Positions 18,291-25,899 are shown, numbered from the stretch's first letter. The stretch: DNA of 32,000 nt from Acaryochloris marina S15 (GCF_018336915.1 NZ_CP064923.1:2520001-2552000); one strand, 5' to 3'. Notes: a model not told the origin generated them from the letters alone. A program made the numbers and translations.

Positions 18291-18620
18291 ATGTCAGAAT
18301 CCAACTTGCGTTTGACGCCTAATCAAGAGGTTATCTTAGCGGCCTTACGATTACATCGACGCTATGGTCTTGAGATTCTGGCTGCGATTGAAAATAGTGG
18401 GGGGAAACAGATTGGTTTTAATTCCCTCTATCCCAATTTAAAGAAATTAGAGAAGAAAGGACTCGTCCAGTCTGAATGGGGGGATGAGCAGCCAGAAGAG
18501 CATAGTGGGGCAAGACGAAAATACTACCGTATTACTGCTGTAGGCATCAGAGCATTAGATGTCAAACAACAGCTGCTAGCTGAGGTAGCAGTCTGGATAC
18601 CTGAAACGGAAGGGGCATGA
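18291..18620 (+). CDS. PadR-family transcriptional regulator
   Basis: Winged-helix pattern YGLEILAAIE...SLYPNLKKLEKKGLVQSEW...ARRKYYRITAVG. Confidence 0.85.
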   Translation: MSESNLRLTPNQEVILAALRLHRRYGLEILAAIENSGGKQIGFNSLYPNLKKLEKKGLVQSEWGDEQPEEHSGARRKYYRITAVGIRALDVKQQLLAEVAVWIPETEGA

Positions 18621-18621
18621 A

Positions 18622-19557
18622 ATGAATGAGAAGGATTTAAAACTCGCAGAAAAAACAGGGCAGTTTGTCCGTCGTTTTCCCGATATATGGCAGGAGTATC
18701 AGGACTGGTTAAGAGCTATTGTCTCTTCTCAGGAAAAACTACAACAACGATATTCAGAGGGGGTAGCAAGTCTGATCTTTCGATGGCGGTTGCTGTATTT
18801 TGGCATCTATATGTTTGGGATGGTGGGACGGAAAACCGTAGCTCAGATTCTCACCCAGTTATCCAGACCTCAACAAACAAATAATGGTCCTATCGTTAAG
18901 CAGGGAGCGATCGCAACTCAATCCCTACAAATTAATCGCACCTATTTTATCCTGCAACGAATAGCGACACTTCTAGCAGTGGCGGAATTGACTCTATGTG
19001 GTCTAGCAGCAATGACGGGAGTCATGCTGGCATTCTACTATCAGCCGACAGCGGTAGGGGCTCATGCATCCTTGCATGCGATCGCATATCAGATCGTCAA
19101 CGGCAATCTCATCCTCAGTCTGCATAACATCGCTGGGAATGGCCTGATTGTTCTCGCATTAGTCCAAATTGTCGTCATGTTTTTGGGACGGCAGTTTATG
19201 AGATCTTGGTTAACCGCCTGGATTAGCGGAATTTGCCTAGCACTAGCAACAATAGGCCTCAGTTGGACAGCCATTATTCTCAATTGGGACCAGGTCGGTT
19301 TCTGGCGATTCAAGATTGAGCTCAATATTATTGGCTCTTTACCCGCAGGCTCATTTCTACGGGAGGTACTGGCTGGCGGGAGTGCCATTAATACCCTGAC
19401 CCTTCAACATATGTATACCTTGCACAGCTACGTACTTGCGATCGCAGCCTTGCTCCTATCCGTTATCCATCTCACTGCCCATATCCTCCAAGAAAAATAT
19501 TGGGCTCAAACTGCTCCTGAAAGCTGGCATTCTTCAGAAGATACAAGCACGATCTAA
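18622..19557 (+). CDS. membrane protein with a cytochrome b6 (PetB)-like four-helix core and a ~115-aa N-terminal extension
   Basis: The ATG is 1 nt after the PadR stop codon. The core aligns by eye to PetB: FYYQPT, SLHNIAGNG (PetB SIHRWSAS), WISGICLAL...LNWDQVGFWRFKI (PetB LPWDQVGYWAVKI), MYTLHSYVL...VIHL. Confidence 0.7.
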   Translation: MNEKDLKLAEKTGQFVRRFPDIWQEYQDWLRAIVSSQEKLQQRYSEGVASLIFRWRLLYFGIYMFGMVGRKTVAQILTQLSRPQQTNNGPIVKQGAIATQSLQINRTYFILQRIATLLAVAELTLCGLAAMTGVMLAFYYQPTAVGAHASLHAIAYQIVNGNLILSLHNIAGNGLIVLALVQIVVMFLGRQFMRSWLTAWISGICLALATIGLSWTAIILNWDQVGFWRFKIELNIIGSLPAGSFLREVLAGGSAINTLTLQHMYTLHSYVLAIAALLLSVIHLTAHILQEKYWAQTAPESWHSSEDTSTI

Positions 19558-19593
19558 TGGTTTAGGAATCTAATAGCCGCTAAAAGTCATCCC

Positions 19594-20160
19594 TTAATCG
19601 AGCCACTGGACTCCATTGCCAGACGTAGGGGGACAGTCATCAATCTGATTAGGCTCTGAAGTCGCAGGCATTTCTTCATTAGGATCGAATTGAATAAACG
19701 GATTAACGCTAATATCCGTGAGACTATCTGGATCAACAATCATGTATGGCGGTTCCCCAATATGTTCAGGGTAAAACTGCTCTACAAAAAAATCCAAGGT
19801 GGCTTGGCGAATATAGCCATTCAAAACAGCAAGGGCTCCAAACCGTAACCCCGTCTTTTGCTGAGCTGCCAAAATAGCGTCGACCATATTTCTATCAATC
19901 AGTCCAGCCCGACGTAAATAGCTACCAATGGGAACTGGATCTGCTTGAGTATCGGGGTAAGGCCACTGATCACCAAAAAAGTCAGCCGTTTGCTGTTGCA
20001 CCCATCCATGCAGAGTCAGAATCTCACCTAACCGCATCATTTCATAGAGTCGCTGCTCATACAGAGCAGTTTCCAACTGATGGGCTGAAATCAGATCTGA
20101 TGCACACAATCGCTCACCGATTTTGTGAGAATTTTGAATGAGGGTGGGGCCAATGGTCAT
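19594..20160 (-). CDS. protein with two tandem MshEN / T2SSE_N-like domains (possible c-di-GMP receptor)
   Basis: There are four 24-residue segments fitting (R/K)(L/I/F)Gxx L..xx(G/D)(L/W/Y)(I/V)xxxx(L/V)xxx(L/F)xxQ: KIGERLCASDLISAHQLETALYEQ, RLGEILTLHGWVQQQTADFFGDQ, PIGSYLRRAGLIDRNMVDAILAAQ, RFGALAVLNGYIRQATLDFFVEQ. Confidence 0.6.
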   Translation of the reverse strand: MTIGPTLIQNSHKIGERLCASDLISAHQLETALYEQRLYEMMRLGEILTLHGWVQQQTADFFGDQWPYPDTQADPVPIGSYLRRAGLIDRNMVDAILAAQQKTGLRFGALAVLNGYIRQATLDFFVEQFYPEHIGEPPYMIVDPDSLTDISVNPFIQFDPNEEMPATSEPNQIDDCPPTSGNGVQWLD

Positions 20161-20318
20161 GGCTTAGCCTACAGAATACACTTTCCCAAAGTAGCAAAAT
20201 TTCATTCGCGAAGTGAATATTGTTACGTATAAGGAATAATTCAGGATTGGATTGGATGTCAGAGGAAGGCTTATAACAAGTTACTTAATAATTCAATCGC
20301 AAATATTTTCACAGAGAT

Positions 20319-20340
20319 TTTATTCATAATTATGAATAAA
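20319..20340. promoter_or_regulatory. perfect 22-bp palindrome TTTATTCATAATTATGAATAAA
   Basis: Verified base by base as its own reverse complement. It lies about 160-180 bp upstream of the start of the minus-strand gene 19594-20160. Confidence 0.4.
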
Positions 20341-20807
20341 TCTGGATAGAGATCTTAAATGACTCAGAAAAAGCGATTTACCCTGTTAATCAAATTTCCA
20401 CCATTTTTCTACATCTTAAAGATCTGAAATAGGGGACATTTAACAACGGTTGCCAAGCAAAGAGAGGATTTTCTAAGTCTGCATATTTAGAGCTTTCACG
20501 GTTCAGAACGCAGCATGGCAAGCTTTTACCTTTTCCACAGCTAGGCCATAGCTTTGCCTCAATTTAGATGGGTTAAAGCTTTAGTCCATAGTTCAGATGA
20601 CATCCATATCTTTTCATCTATGGGCTTTCCCTCACGGGCAATATTGATTTAGTTTTTGTGGCCAGTGTCAAAAATATAGCTATAAGTCAACAAACCCCCC
20701 TCATCTTCTAAACCAAACAAAGTTCATGAAAATGAGAGGGGCAATCAATAAGAATCGTTATTTAGGTAGAAGATTTACCTAAATGAACGAACGAAGATTA
20801 GGGCAGG

Positions 20808-21053
20808 TTACCCTTCTCCGCCTTCACCACCATCATCAGAGGAGCTGTCCTCTCCGCCTTCTCCGCCATCATCGGTAGAGCCATCCTCTCCACCTTCTCC
20901 GCCATCATCGGCAGGACTTTCCACAGCTGGGCTGGGGCTTTCCTGTTCTCCCCCTTCACCATTCGTTGTGCCGCCATCGCAGGCGAAAAGGGTAGCAGAT
21001 AAACCCAGGGCAAGAAATAACTCAACTGATTTAGAACGTTTCATTGTAGTCAC
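20808..21053 (-). CDS. small acidic-repeat lipoprotein (81 aa)
   Basis: Signal peptide MTTMKRSKSVELFLALGLSATLFAC with a lipobox-like L-F-A-C. The mature part is Gly/Glu/Asp-rich with three DDGGEGGE(D/G) repeats. Confidence 0.6.
   Translation of the reverse strand: MTTMKRSKSVELFLALGLSATLFACDGGTTNGEGGEQESPSPAVESPADDGGEGGEDGSTDDGGEGGEDSSSDDGGEGGEG
20815..20922. repeat. 3 x 36-bp in-frame tandem repeat inside the lipoprotein gene
   Basis: Units start at 20815, 20851 and 20887 (TCTCCGCCTTCTCCGCCATCATCGG...). On the minus strand they encode DDGGEGGEDxSx. Confidence 0.8.
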
Positions 21054-21094
21054 TTAGTTTTTCAACAGAGATGGCATCATCCTACCGTTTATTC

Positions 21095-21512
21095 AGATCA
21101 ACTCTCAATAAATAGAAGAATATAAGGGTGAATTTCAGATTTTTTCAGGCTTAGATCAACCCTCAAATTAGAGCCTTAAGCATAAAACAGCTTCATAGCA
21201 TGGCTTTCAGCAAAACTTTATTAAAAACTCTGGCCTAAATGCTTCAGATTAGAACATCAATCGGATGTTAATAGATTTTACTTTTTAAATAGATTCTCAA
21301 TTAGAGTCTCTTCTCACTTAATCATATCGATCCCTAAACCTCATCCAAGTTGAAAAACAAATATCTGGGCTTAAAGCATACAGGGCTTAACAGTGATTCT
21401 CTTAACTACCCATCGTCGTTGCTGGCAAAAGACCCACTAATTTATTGCCAATATTATCAATACCTGCTTAAATAGCGGAAGAGGCTTATTGATTTTAATT
21501 CTCAATAAATAG
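21095..21512. promoter_or_regulatory. cluster of four CTCAA(N)TAG-type AT-rich motifs upstream of isiA (candidate Fur-type boxes)
   Basis: AGATCAACTCTCAATAAATAG (21095-21115), AGATCAACCCTCAAATTAGAG (21153-21173), AGATTCTCAATTAGAG (21291-21306), and TCTCAATAAATAG again at 21500-21512, an exact 13-mer repeat of 21103-21115. Confidence 0.35.
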
Positions 21513-21734
21513 CGAGCAATAAGTCACACTTCTTTCCTATTCGGTTCTGGGACTGAATAGCAAGAAAACGTAAGGCCAAAAAACATTCGTTGGAAACGGT
21601 ATTTCTTTGGTTAGTACAGCCCTCACATCTTGATCAGAGGTTGGTTCCCTCAACCTCTGGCCTTTATTAAATCTTTCACTATGTTCGCAACAGAGCGATA
21701 AATATGGACATTCTAAAAGGAAGGAGACTTTCCT

Positions 21735-22787
21735 ATGCAAAACTACGGTAACCCTGAAGTTACCTATGGCTGGTGGGCGGGTAATTCGCGCGTAGCCAGC
21801 TCTTCAGGTTTATTTATTTCTGCCCATACGGGTCATGCTGGCTTGATATCGGTGTGGGCGGGTGGTTTTACATTATTTGAGCTAAGTCGCTACACCACTG
21901 ACTCTCCCATGTGGGACCAAGGTCTCGTTCTCCTCCCTCATTTGGCCGCAGAGGGCATTGGCTTCGGTTCAGGTGGAATCCTGGATGATCCTCAACAGCT
22001 GGTTGCCGTGGCTATGGTCCACATCATTGCAGGGGCTGTATTAGGGGCTGGAGCGCTGTTTCATCTCTTAAAAGCTCCCTTAGATTTAAGTGATGCCTCC
22101 GGTGCAGCTCGCACCTACCATTTCGAATGGGACAATACCACTAAACTCGGTCGAATTTTAGGCCATCATCTCCTCATTTTGGGCTTGTATACCCTCCTAT
22201 TTGTGGGTTGGGCCATGTATTGGGGAGGACTCTATGACCCTGATTTGCAAGAAGTCAGGTTGGTCACAGATCCCACCCTCAGTCCATCTGTTATTTTTGG
22301 CTATCAAACCCATTTCGACAGTGTTGACAATTTGGAAGATATTGTCGGTGGCCATATCTTTATTGCTGTCCTAGATATTGTCGGTGGGATTTTCCACTTG
22401 CTCGTTCCCATGTTGCCTTGGGCCAAGAAGCGAGTTCCTGTCAATGGGGAAGCAATCTTGTCCTATTCCTTAGGAGCAGTGGCTTTCTTCGGTTTCCTGT
22501 CCGCCTATTGGTGTTCGGTCAATACCTATATTTGGCCAGAAGAGTTTTATGGACCTGCTTTGCAAATCGAGTTTGGCTTTACGCCCTACTTTGCAGATAC
22601 GGTAGATCTCCCCTACGGCATCCATTCCGCTCGATGCTGGCTTTCGAATACAACCTACATCTTTGCTTTCTATTTTCTCCAAGGTCATCTTTGGCATGCC
22701 TTGAGAGGGCTAGGCTTTAACTTTCGATCAGTCGATCACTTTCTCAATTCTTTGACCGACGAGCAGCTGGCAGTCAAACCAAAGTAA
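21735..22787 (+). CDS. isiA: IsiA/Pcb-family (CP43-like) chlorophyll-binding antenna protein
   Basis: [38 protein letters not shown]... and the C-terminal ...[20 protein letters not shown] are hallmark IsiA/CP43' sequences. There is a GGAGA Shine-Dalgarno sequence upstream, and a flavodoxin gene follows. Confidence 0.9.
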   Translation: MQNYGNPEVTYGWWAGNSRVASSSGLFISAHTGHAGLISVWAGGFTLFELSRYTTDSPMWDQGLVLLPHLAAEGIGFGSGGILDDPQQLVAVAMVHIIAGAVLGAGALFHLLKAPLDLSDASGAARTYHFEWDNTTKLGRILGHHLLILGLYTLLFVGWAMYWGGLYDPDLQEVRLVTDPTLSPSVIFGYQTHFDSVDNLEDIVGGHIFIAVLDIVGGIFHLLVPMLPWAKKRVPVNGEAILSYSLGAVAFFGFLSAYWCSVNTYIWPEEFYGPALQIEFGFTPYFADTVDLPYGIHSARCWLSNTTYIFAFYFLQGHLWHALRGLGFNFRSVDHFLNSLTDEQLAVKPK

Positions 22788-22888
22788 TTGAAAATTGCTA
22801 ACCGCTACTGCTCCGCCTGCGCAAGCATTCTCGAATAAGTCTGCGTAGGCCTTATACCCCATTCAACTCCGTTGAATAAGAGCGCCAC

Positions 22889-22940
22889 GGTAAGAGCGTG
22901 AACAATCTGACCGTTTTACGCTCTTGCCACTTTCTTTTTC
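22889..22940 (+). terminator. intrinsic-terminator-like hairpin between isiA and the flavodoxin gene
   Basis: GGTAAGAGCGT (22889-22899) pairs with ACGCTCTTGCC (22918-22928), giving an 11 bp stem with one G-U pair. It is followed by ACTTTCTTTTTC. Confidence 0.45.
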
Positions 22941-22980
22941 ACGAAACTTAGTTTTCTTGTAGTAATCCTTTGGAGTACAT

Positions 22981-23493
22981 ATGTCACAAATCGGAATGTT
23001 CTTTGGCACCACCACTGGCAAAACAGCAGAAGCTGCTGAAAAGATCCAAGAGGCCTTTGGGGGTGAAGATGTTGTCACACTCATTGAAATCCCAGATGTC
23101 GAAGATGGAGACTTTTCTAGTTACAATTTCTTGTTGATTGGTTCTCCAACTTGGGATATCGGTGAGCTGCAAAGTGACTGGGACGCTTTTTTCCCTAATT
23201 TAGACAGCATTGACTTTTCCGGTAAGAAAGTGGCCTACTTTGGTACAGGCGATCAGGTGGGCTATGCCGATAACTACATGGATGCCATCGGCATGATTGA
23301 GGCAAAAATCACTGAGAAGGGCGGCCAAACCGTTGGCTATTGGTCAACGGATGGGTATGAGTTTGATGGCTCCAAGGCAGACAGAGGAGGAAAATTTTGT
23401 GGGTTAGCCCTGGATGAAGATAACCAGTCTGAACTCTCTGATGAGCGCATAGAGGCTTGGGTTGCCCAAGTTAAAACAGAATTCGGAATATAG
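22981..23493 (+). CDS. isiB: long-chain flavodoxin
   Basis: MSQIGMFFGTTTGKTAEAAEKI (FMN phosphate loop TxTGxT), ...LLIGSPTW..., 170 aa, immediately downstream of isiA. Confidence 0.9.
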   Translation: MSQIGMFFGTTTGKTAEAAEKIQEAFGGEDVVTLIEIPDVEDGDFSSYNFLLIGSPTWDIGELQSDWDAFFPNLDSIDFSGKKVAYFGTGDQVGYADNYMDAIGMIEAKITEKGGQTVGYWSTDGYEFDGSKADRGGKFCGLALDEDNQSELSDERIEAWVAQVKTEFGI

Positions 23494-23582
23494 GGTTTCC
23501 AACAGCTGGGCCAGGGACAATCTCTGGCCTTTCATCGACCCCTTTTTTAGAATTCCTTCTAACTACATTTGCGAAAAAATAC

Positions 23583-24329
23583 ATGACTCACTCCATTGAT
23601 GCCGTTTGGACGACGACTAGTCGCTATCTTAAGCGTTTTGACCAACCCCTACTGGATCGGTTGAGAAAGCATACAACGATTGCCCAGTGGCAGTATCAAC
23701 AATCTGCGGATGAACCCAGCTCCCTCAGCACAGCGGTGGATCTCCTCCATGACTACATCCAGAATTTTGACCATCCCATCCACTTAATAGGGCATGGCAC
23801 AGGTGGGTTAGTGAGCTTATTGTATGCGCGTCAATGTCCCCAGAATGTTCGATCTCTGACGATGCTCGGTGTGGGGGCATCAGCCACCTTAGATTGGATG
23901 GCCCATTACTATTTTCATCTCCAGTTTATTCCTAGTAACCGCCGCCAAGTTCTAGCTCAGCTTATTCCCGATCTATTTGGCGAACAAAATTCAACCGTGA
24001 CTTGCTACCTCAGTCGGTTGCTGGAAAAGGAAATGATGGTTTCTCCTTCGCCTCATTCATTATTTCAACGCTACAGTTTGCCTCCTAGTGGCGTATCAAT
24101 GCCCCTGTTTGTCTGTGGAAGCAAAACCGATCCAGTGGTCGATAGTCAGGCATTGAAGGAATGGCAGCCTTGGATGAAAGGATGCGATCGCATCTGGCAA
24201 TACAAGAGCGGTTACCACTTTTTCCACTGTTTTCATCCTCAACCCATTGCTGAACAAATTTTGGACTTTTGGCAAATCGAGTCAGAGCCTTCCATTCCAG
24301 CTAAGAACTTAGATGTTTGCTCTGTTTAA
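23583..24329 (+). CDS. alpha/beta-hydrolase-fold protein lacking the nucleophile Ser (possible IsiC counterpart)
   Basis: HLIGHGTGGLVSLLYARQCPQNVRSLTMLG matches the nucleophile-elbow region, but with G-H-G-T-G where G-H-S-x-G is expected. Downstream Asp (GSKTDPVV) and His (SGYHFFH) candidates are retained. Confidence 0.7.
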   Translation: MTHSIDAVWTTTSRYLKRFDQPLLDRLRKHTTIAQWQYQQSADEPSSLSTAVDLLHDYIQNFDHPIHLIGHGTGGLVSLLYARQCPQNVRSLTMLGVGASATLDWMAHYYFHLQFIPSNRRQVLAQLIPDLFGEQNSTVTCYLSRLLEKEMMVSPSPHSLFQRYSLPPSGVSMPLFVCGSKTDPVVDSQALKEWQPWMKGCDRIWQYKSGYHFFHCFHPQPIAEQILDFWQIESEPSIPAKNLDVCSV

Positions 24330-24360
24330 TTCCGCATCAGTTTTTTACTTTGGTTGTCCG

Positions 24361-24948
24361 ATGGTTTCTTCACTATCCACCGTTCCCCTTTCTTCGTTCA
24401 TGCACGCTCAATCTAGTGCCTTACAATCAACATTTTTCTCAGATCGAGCCTTTTTACCATCTGAATCGCAAGAATTGTGGCAAATTACGCGGGGACTCGT
24501 GCGCACCTATACCTGGGACTCCAATGGCAACATCACCACCTTGGGAATTTGGGGAACCGGAGATATTGTAGGGCAGCCGTTGTCAAACGTTGCACCGTAT
24601 ATGATCCAGACCTTAGGGACCGTTGAAGCGACTGCCTTAGTCTCTAATCAATGGAACAATCCAGAAGCTATTCTCAGCCATGCTCAGCAACTCTCGATTT
24701 TACTCAAAATTATCAGCATTAAACGAGCAGACGATCGGCTGTTAAGCCTACTCAAATGGTTGGCCCAACGTTTCGGCAATTTGACACCAGCAGGAACTTG
24801 TACCACCTTGCCAATCACCCATCAAGAGTTGGCAGAAACCGCCAATGTCACAAGGGTTACAGCCACTCGACTGATTGGTGATCTGGAACAACAAGGCGTT
24901 TTACTTTGGTCTCGCCGACGTCAGTTTGTGCTGCTGACGCCATCCTAA
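24361..24948 (+). CDS. Crp/Fnr-family transcriptional regulator
   Basis: C-terminal HTH ITHQELAETANVTRVTATRLIGDLEQQGVL preceded by a beta-roll-like region (GDIVGQPL). I chose the ATG at 24361; the ORF-track start at 24313 overlaps the upstream gene by 17 nt and is an alternative. Confidence 0.75.
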   Translation: MVSSLSTVPLSSFMHAQSSALQSTFFSDRAFLPSESQELWQITRGLVRTYTWDSNGNITTLGIWGTGDIVGQPLSNVAPYMIQTLGTVEATALVSNQWNNPEAILSHAQQLSILLKIISIKRADDRLLSLLKWLAQRFGNLTPAGTCTTLPITHQELAETANVTRVTATRLIGDLEQQGVLLWSRRRQFVLLTPS

Positions 24949-25055
24949 CGACCCAGCTTTTAACTCAGTCTTGCTCGCCAGCAGCGGTTTCAATCAAGCA
25001 CCCTTCGTCAAGGATTGGACGATCTTGAGAGATTCGTCAATATGGCCTTGGAAGT

Positions 25056-25899
25056 GGTTGTGTCGCAAAAAATGCTTCCAGTTACAAAACTCCTCAGATT
25101 TCTATCCGAGACTATGCAGCTAATCCGAAGATTTGATTGATAAAAGAGATCTGTCCTACCACATCATCTTTGCCCACATTTTTGATCTGACCTTTACGGA
25201 TCATGTTCATCGCTTCATACCCTTTTAAGGTTCGTCTAGCCGAGTTAAACGATCCAAATCCCATACCAGGGTTCACGAGACTTTTAATGCCACGATGATC
25301 TTGCTCCACTATATTATTGAGGTATTTTACCTGCCGTACTTTTACTCCTTCAGGGATACGTTCCTCTTCCTGTAACTGCTCAACAGCAGGAGGATATGCT
25401 GGATTCTTGTCCACATTGATCACCCGAGGTTCATGGGTATGAACGGCATTCAGTGCTTTAGTCAGAAAGCGCTTCGCAGCCTTAGCATCCCGCTTTGCTG
25501 TGAGTAAAAAGTCGAGGGTGTAGCCATCAGAGTCTACGGCTCGATATAGGTATCGCCACTTTTTACGGATTTTGATGTAAGTTTCATCAACTCTCCAAGA
25601 ATCATTGGTAGGCTTGAGATGCCGACGACAGCGCTTGTCTAGCTCAGGAGAATATTTGAGAACCCACCGATTGATGGTGCTGTGATCCACCTCTAAGCCC
25701 CTCTCTATCATCATCTCTTCTAAATTTCTATAGCTGAGGGGATAACGGCAATACCAACAAACATTGAGCAGGATGATCTCAGATTGGTAATGACGCCATT
25801 TGAACAGATCAGTAGTTTTCATTGATGGGAGAGAAAAGGAACAGAGCCTCTCAATTTACCACTGTCTATCGGTCAACACTCTATTTTTGCGACACTACC
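25056..25899 (-). mobile_element. IS6-family IS, copy B (844 bp, boundary +/-1), inverted relative to copy A
   Basis: Same IRs as copy A. At least one difference was seen: 25759 A versus the complement of 12662 C. Confidence 0.9.
25112..25822 (-). CDS. IS6-family transposase, 236 aa (R22C relative to copy A)
   Basis: ORF track. The protein is identical to 12599-13309 except NVRWY versus NVCWY. Confidence 0.95.
   Translation of the reverse strand: MKTTDLFKWRHYQSEIILLNVCWYCRYPLSYRNLEEMMIERGLEVDHSTINRWVLKYSPELDKRCRRHLKPTNDSWRVDETYIKIRKKWRYLYRAVDSDGYTLDFLLTAKRDAKAAKRFLTKALNAVHTHEPRVINVDKNPAYPPAVEQLQEEERIPEGVKVRQVKYLNNIVEQDHRGIKSLVNPGMGFGSFNSARRTLKGYEAMNMIRKGQIKNVGKDDVVGQISFINQIFGLAA

Noticed and set aside
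20798-21025. Alternative-frame 75-aa ORF overlapping the acidic lipoprotein gene
   Set aside because: The 20808-21053 frame has a proper signal peptide and lipobox. The other frame yields Met/Ala/Lys-rich repeat text with no start context.
22418-22720. Sense-shifted and antisense ORFs inside isiA, and the possibility of an IsrR-like antisense RNA
   Set aside because: The ORFs are shadows. An IsrR-type antisense RNA is known in Synechocystis isiA, but no promoter or terminator on the antisense strand can be demonstrated from this sequence alone.
24313-24360. Upstream start (24313) for the Crp-like regulator
   Set aside because: It would overlap the preceding gene by 17 nt and add a hydrophobic 16-aa leader. 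ATG 24361 is preferred, but the longer form cannot be excluded.
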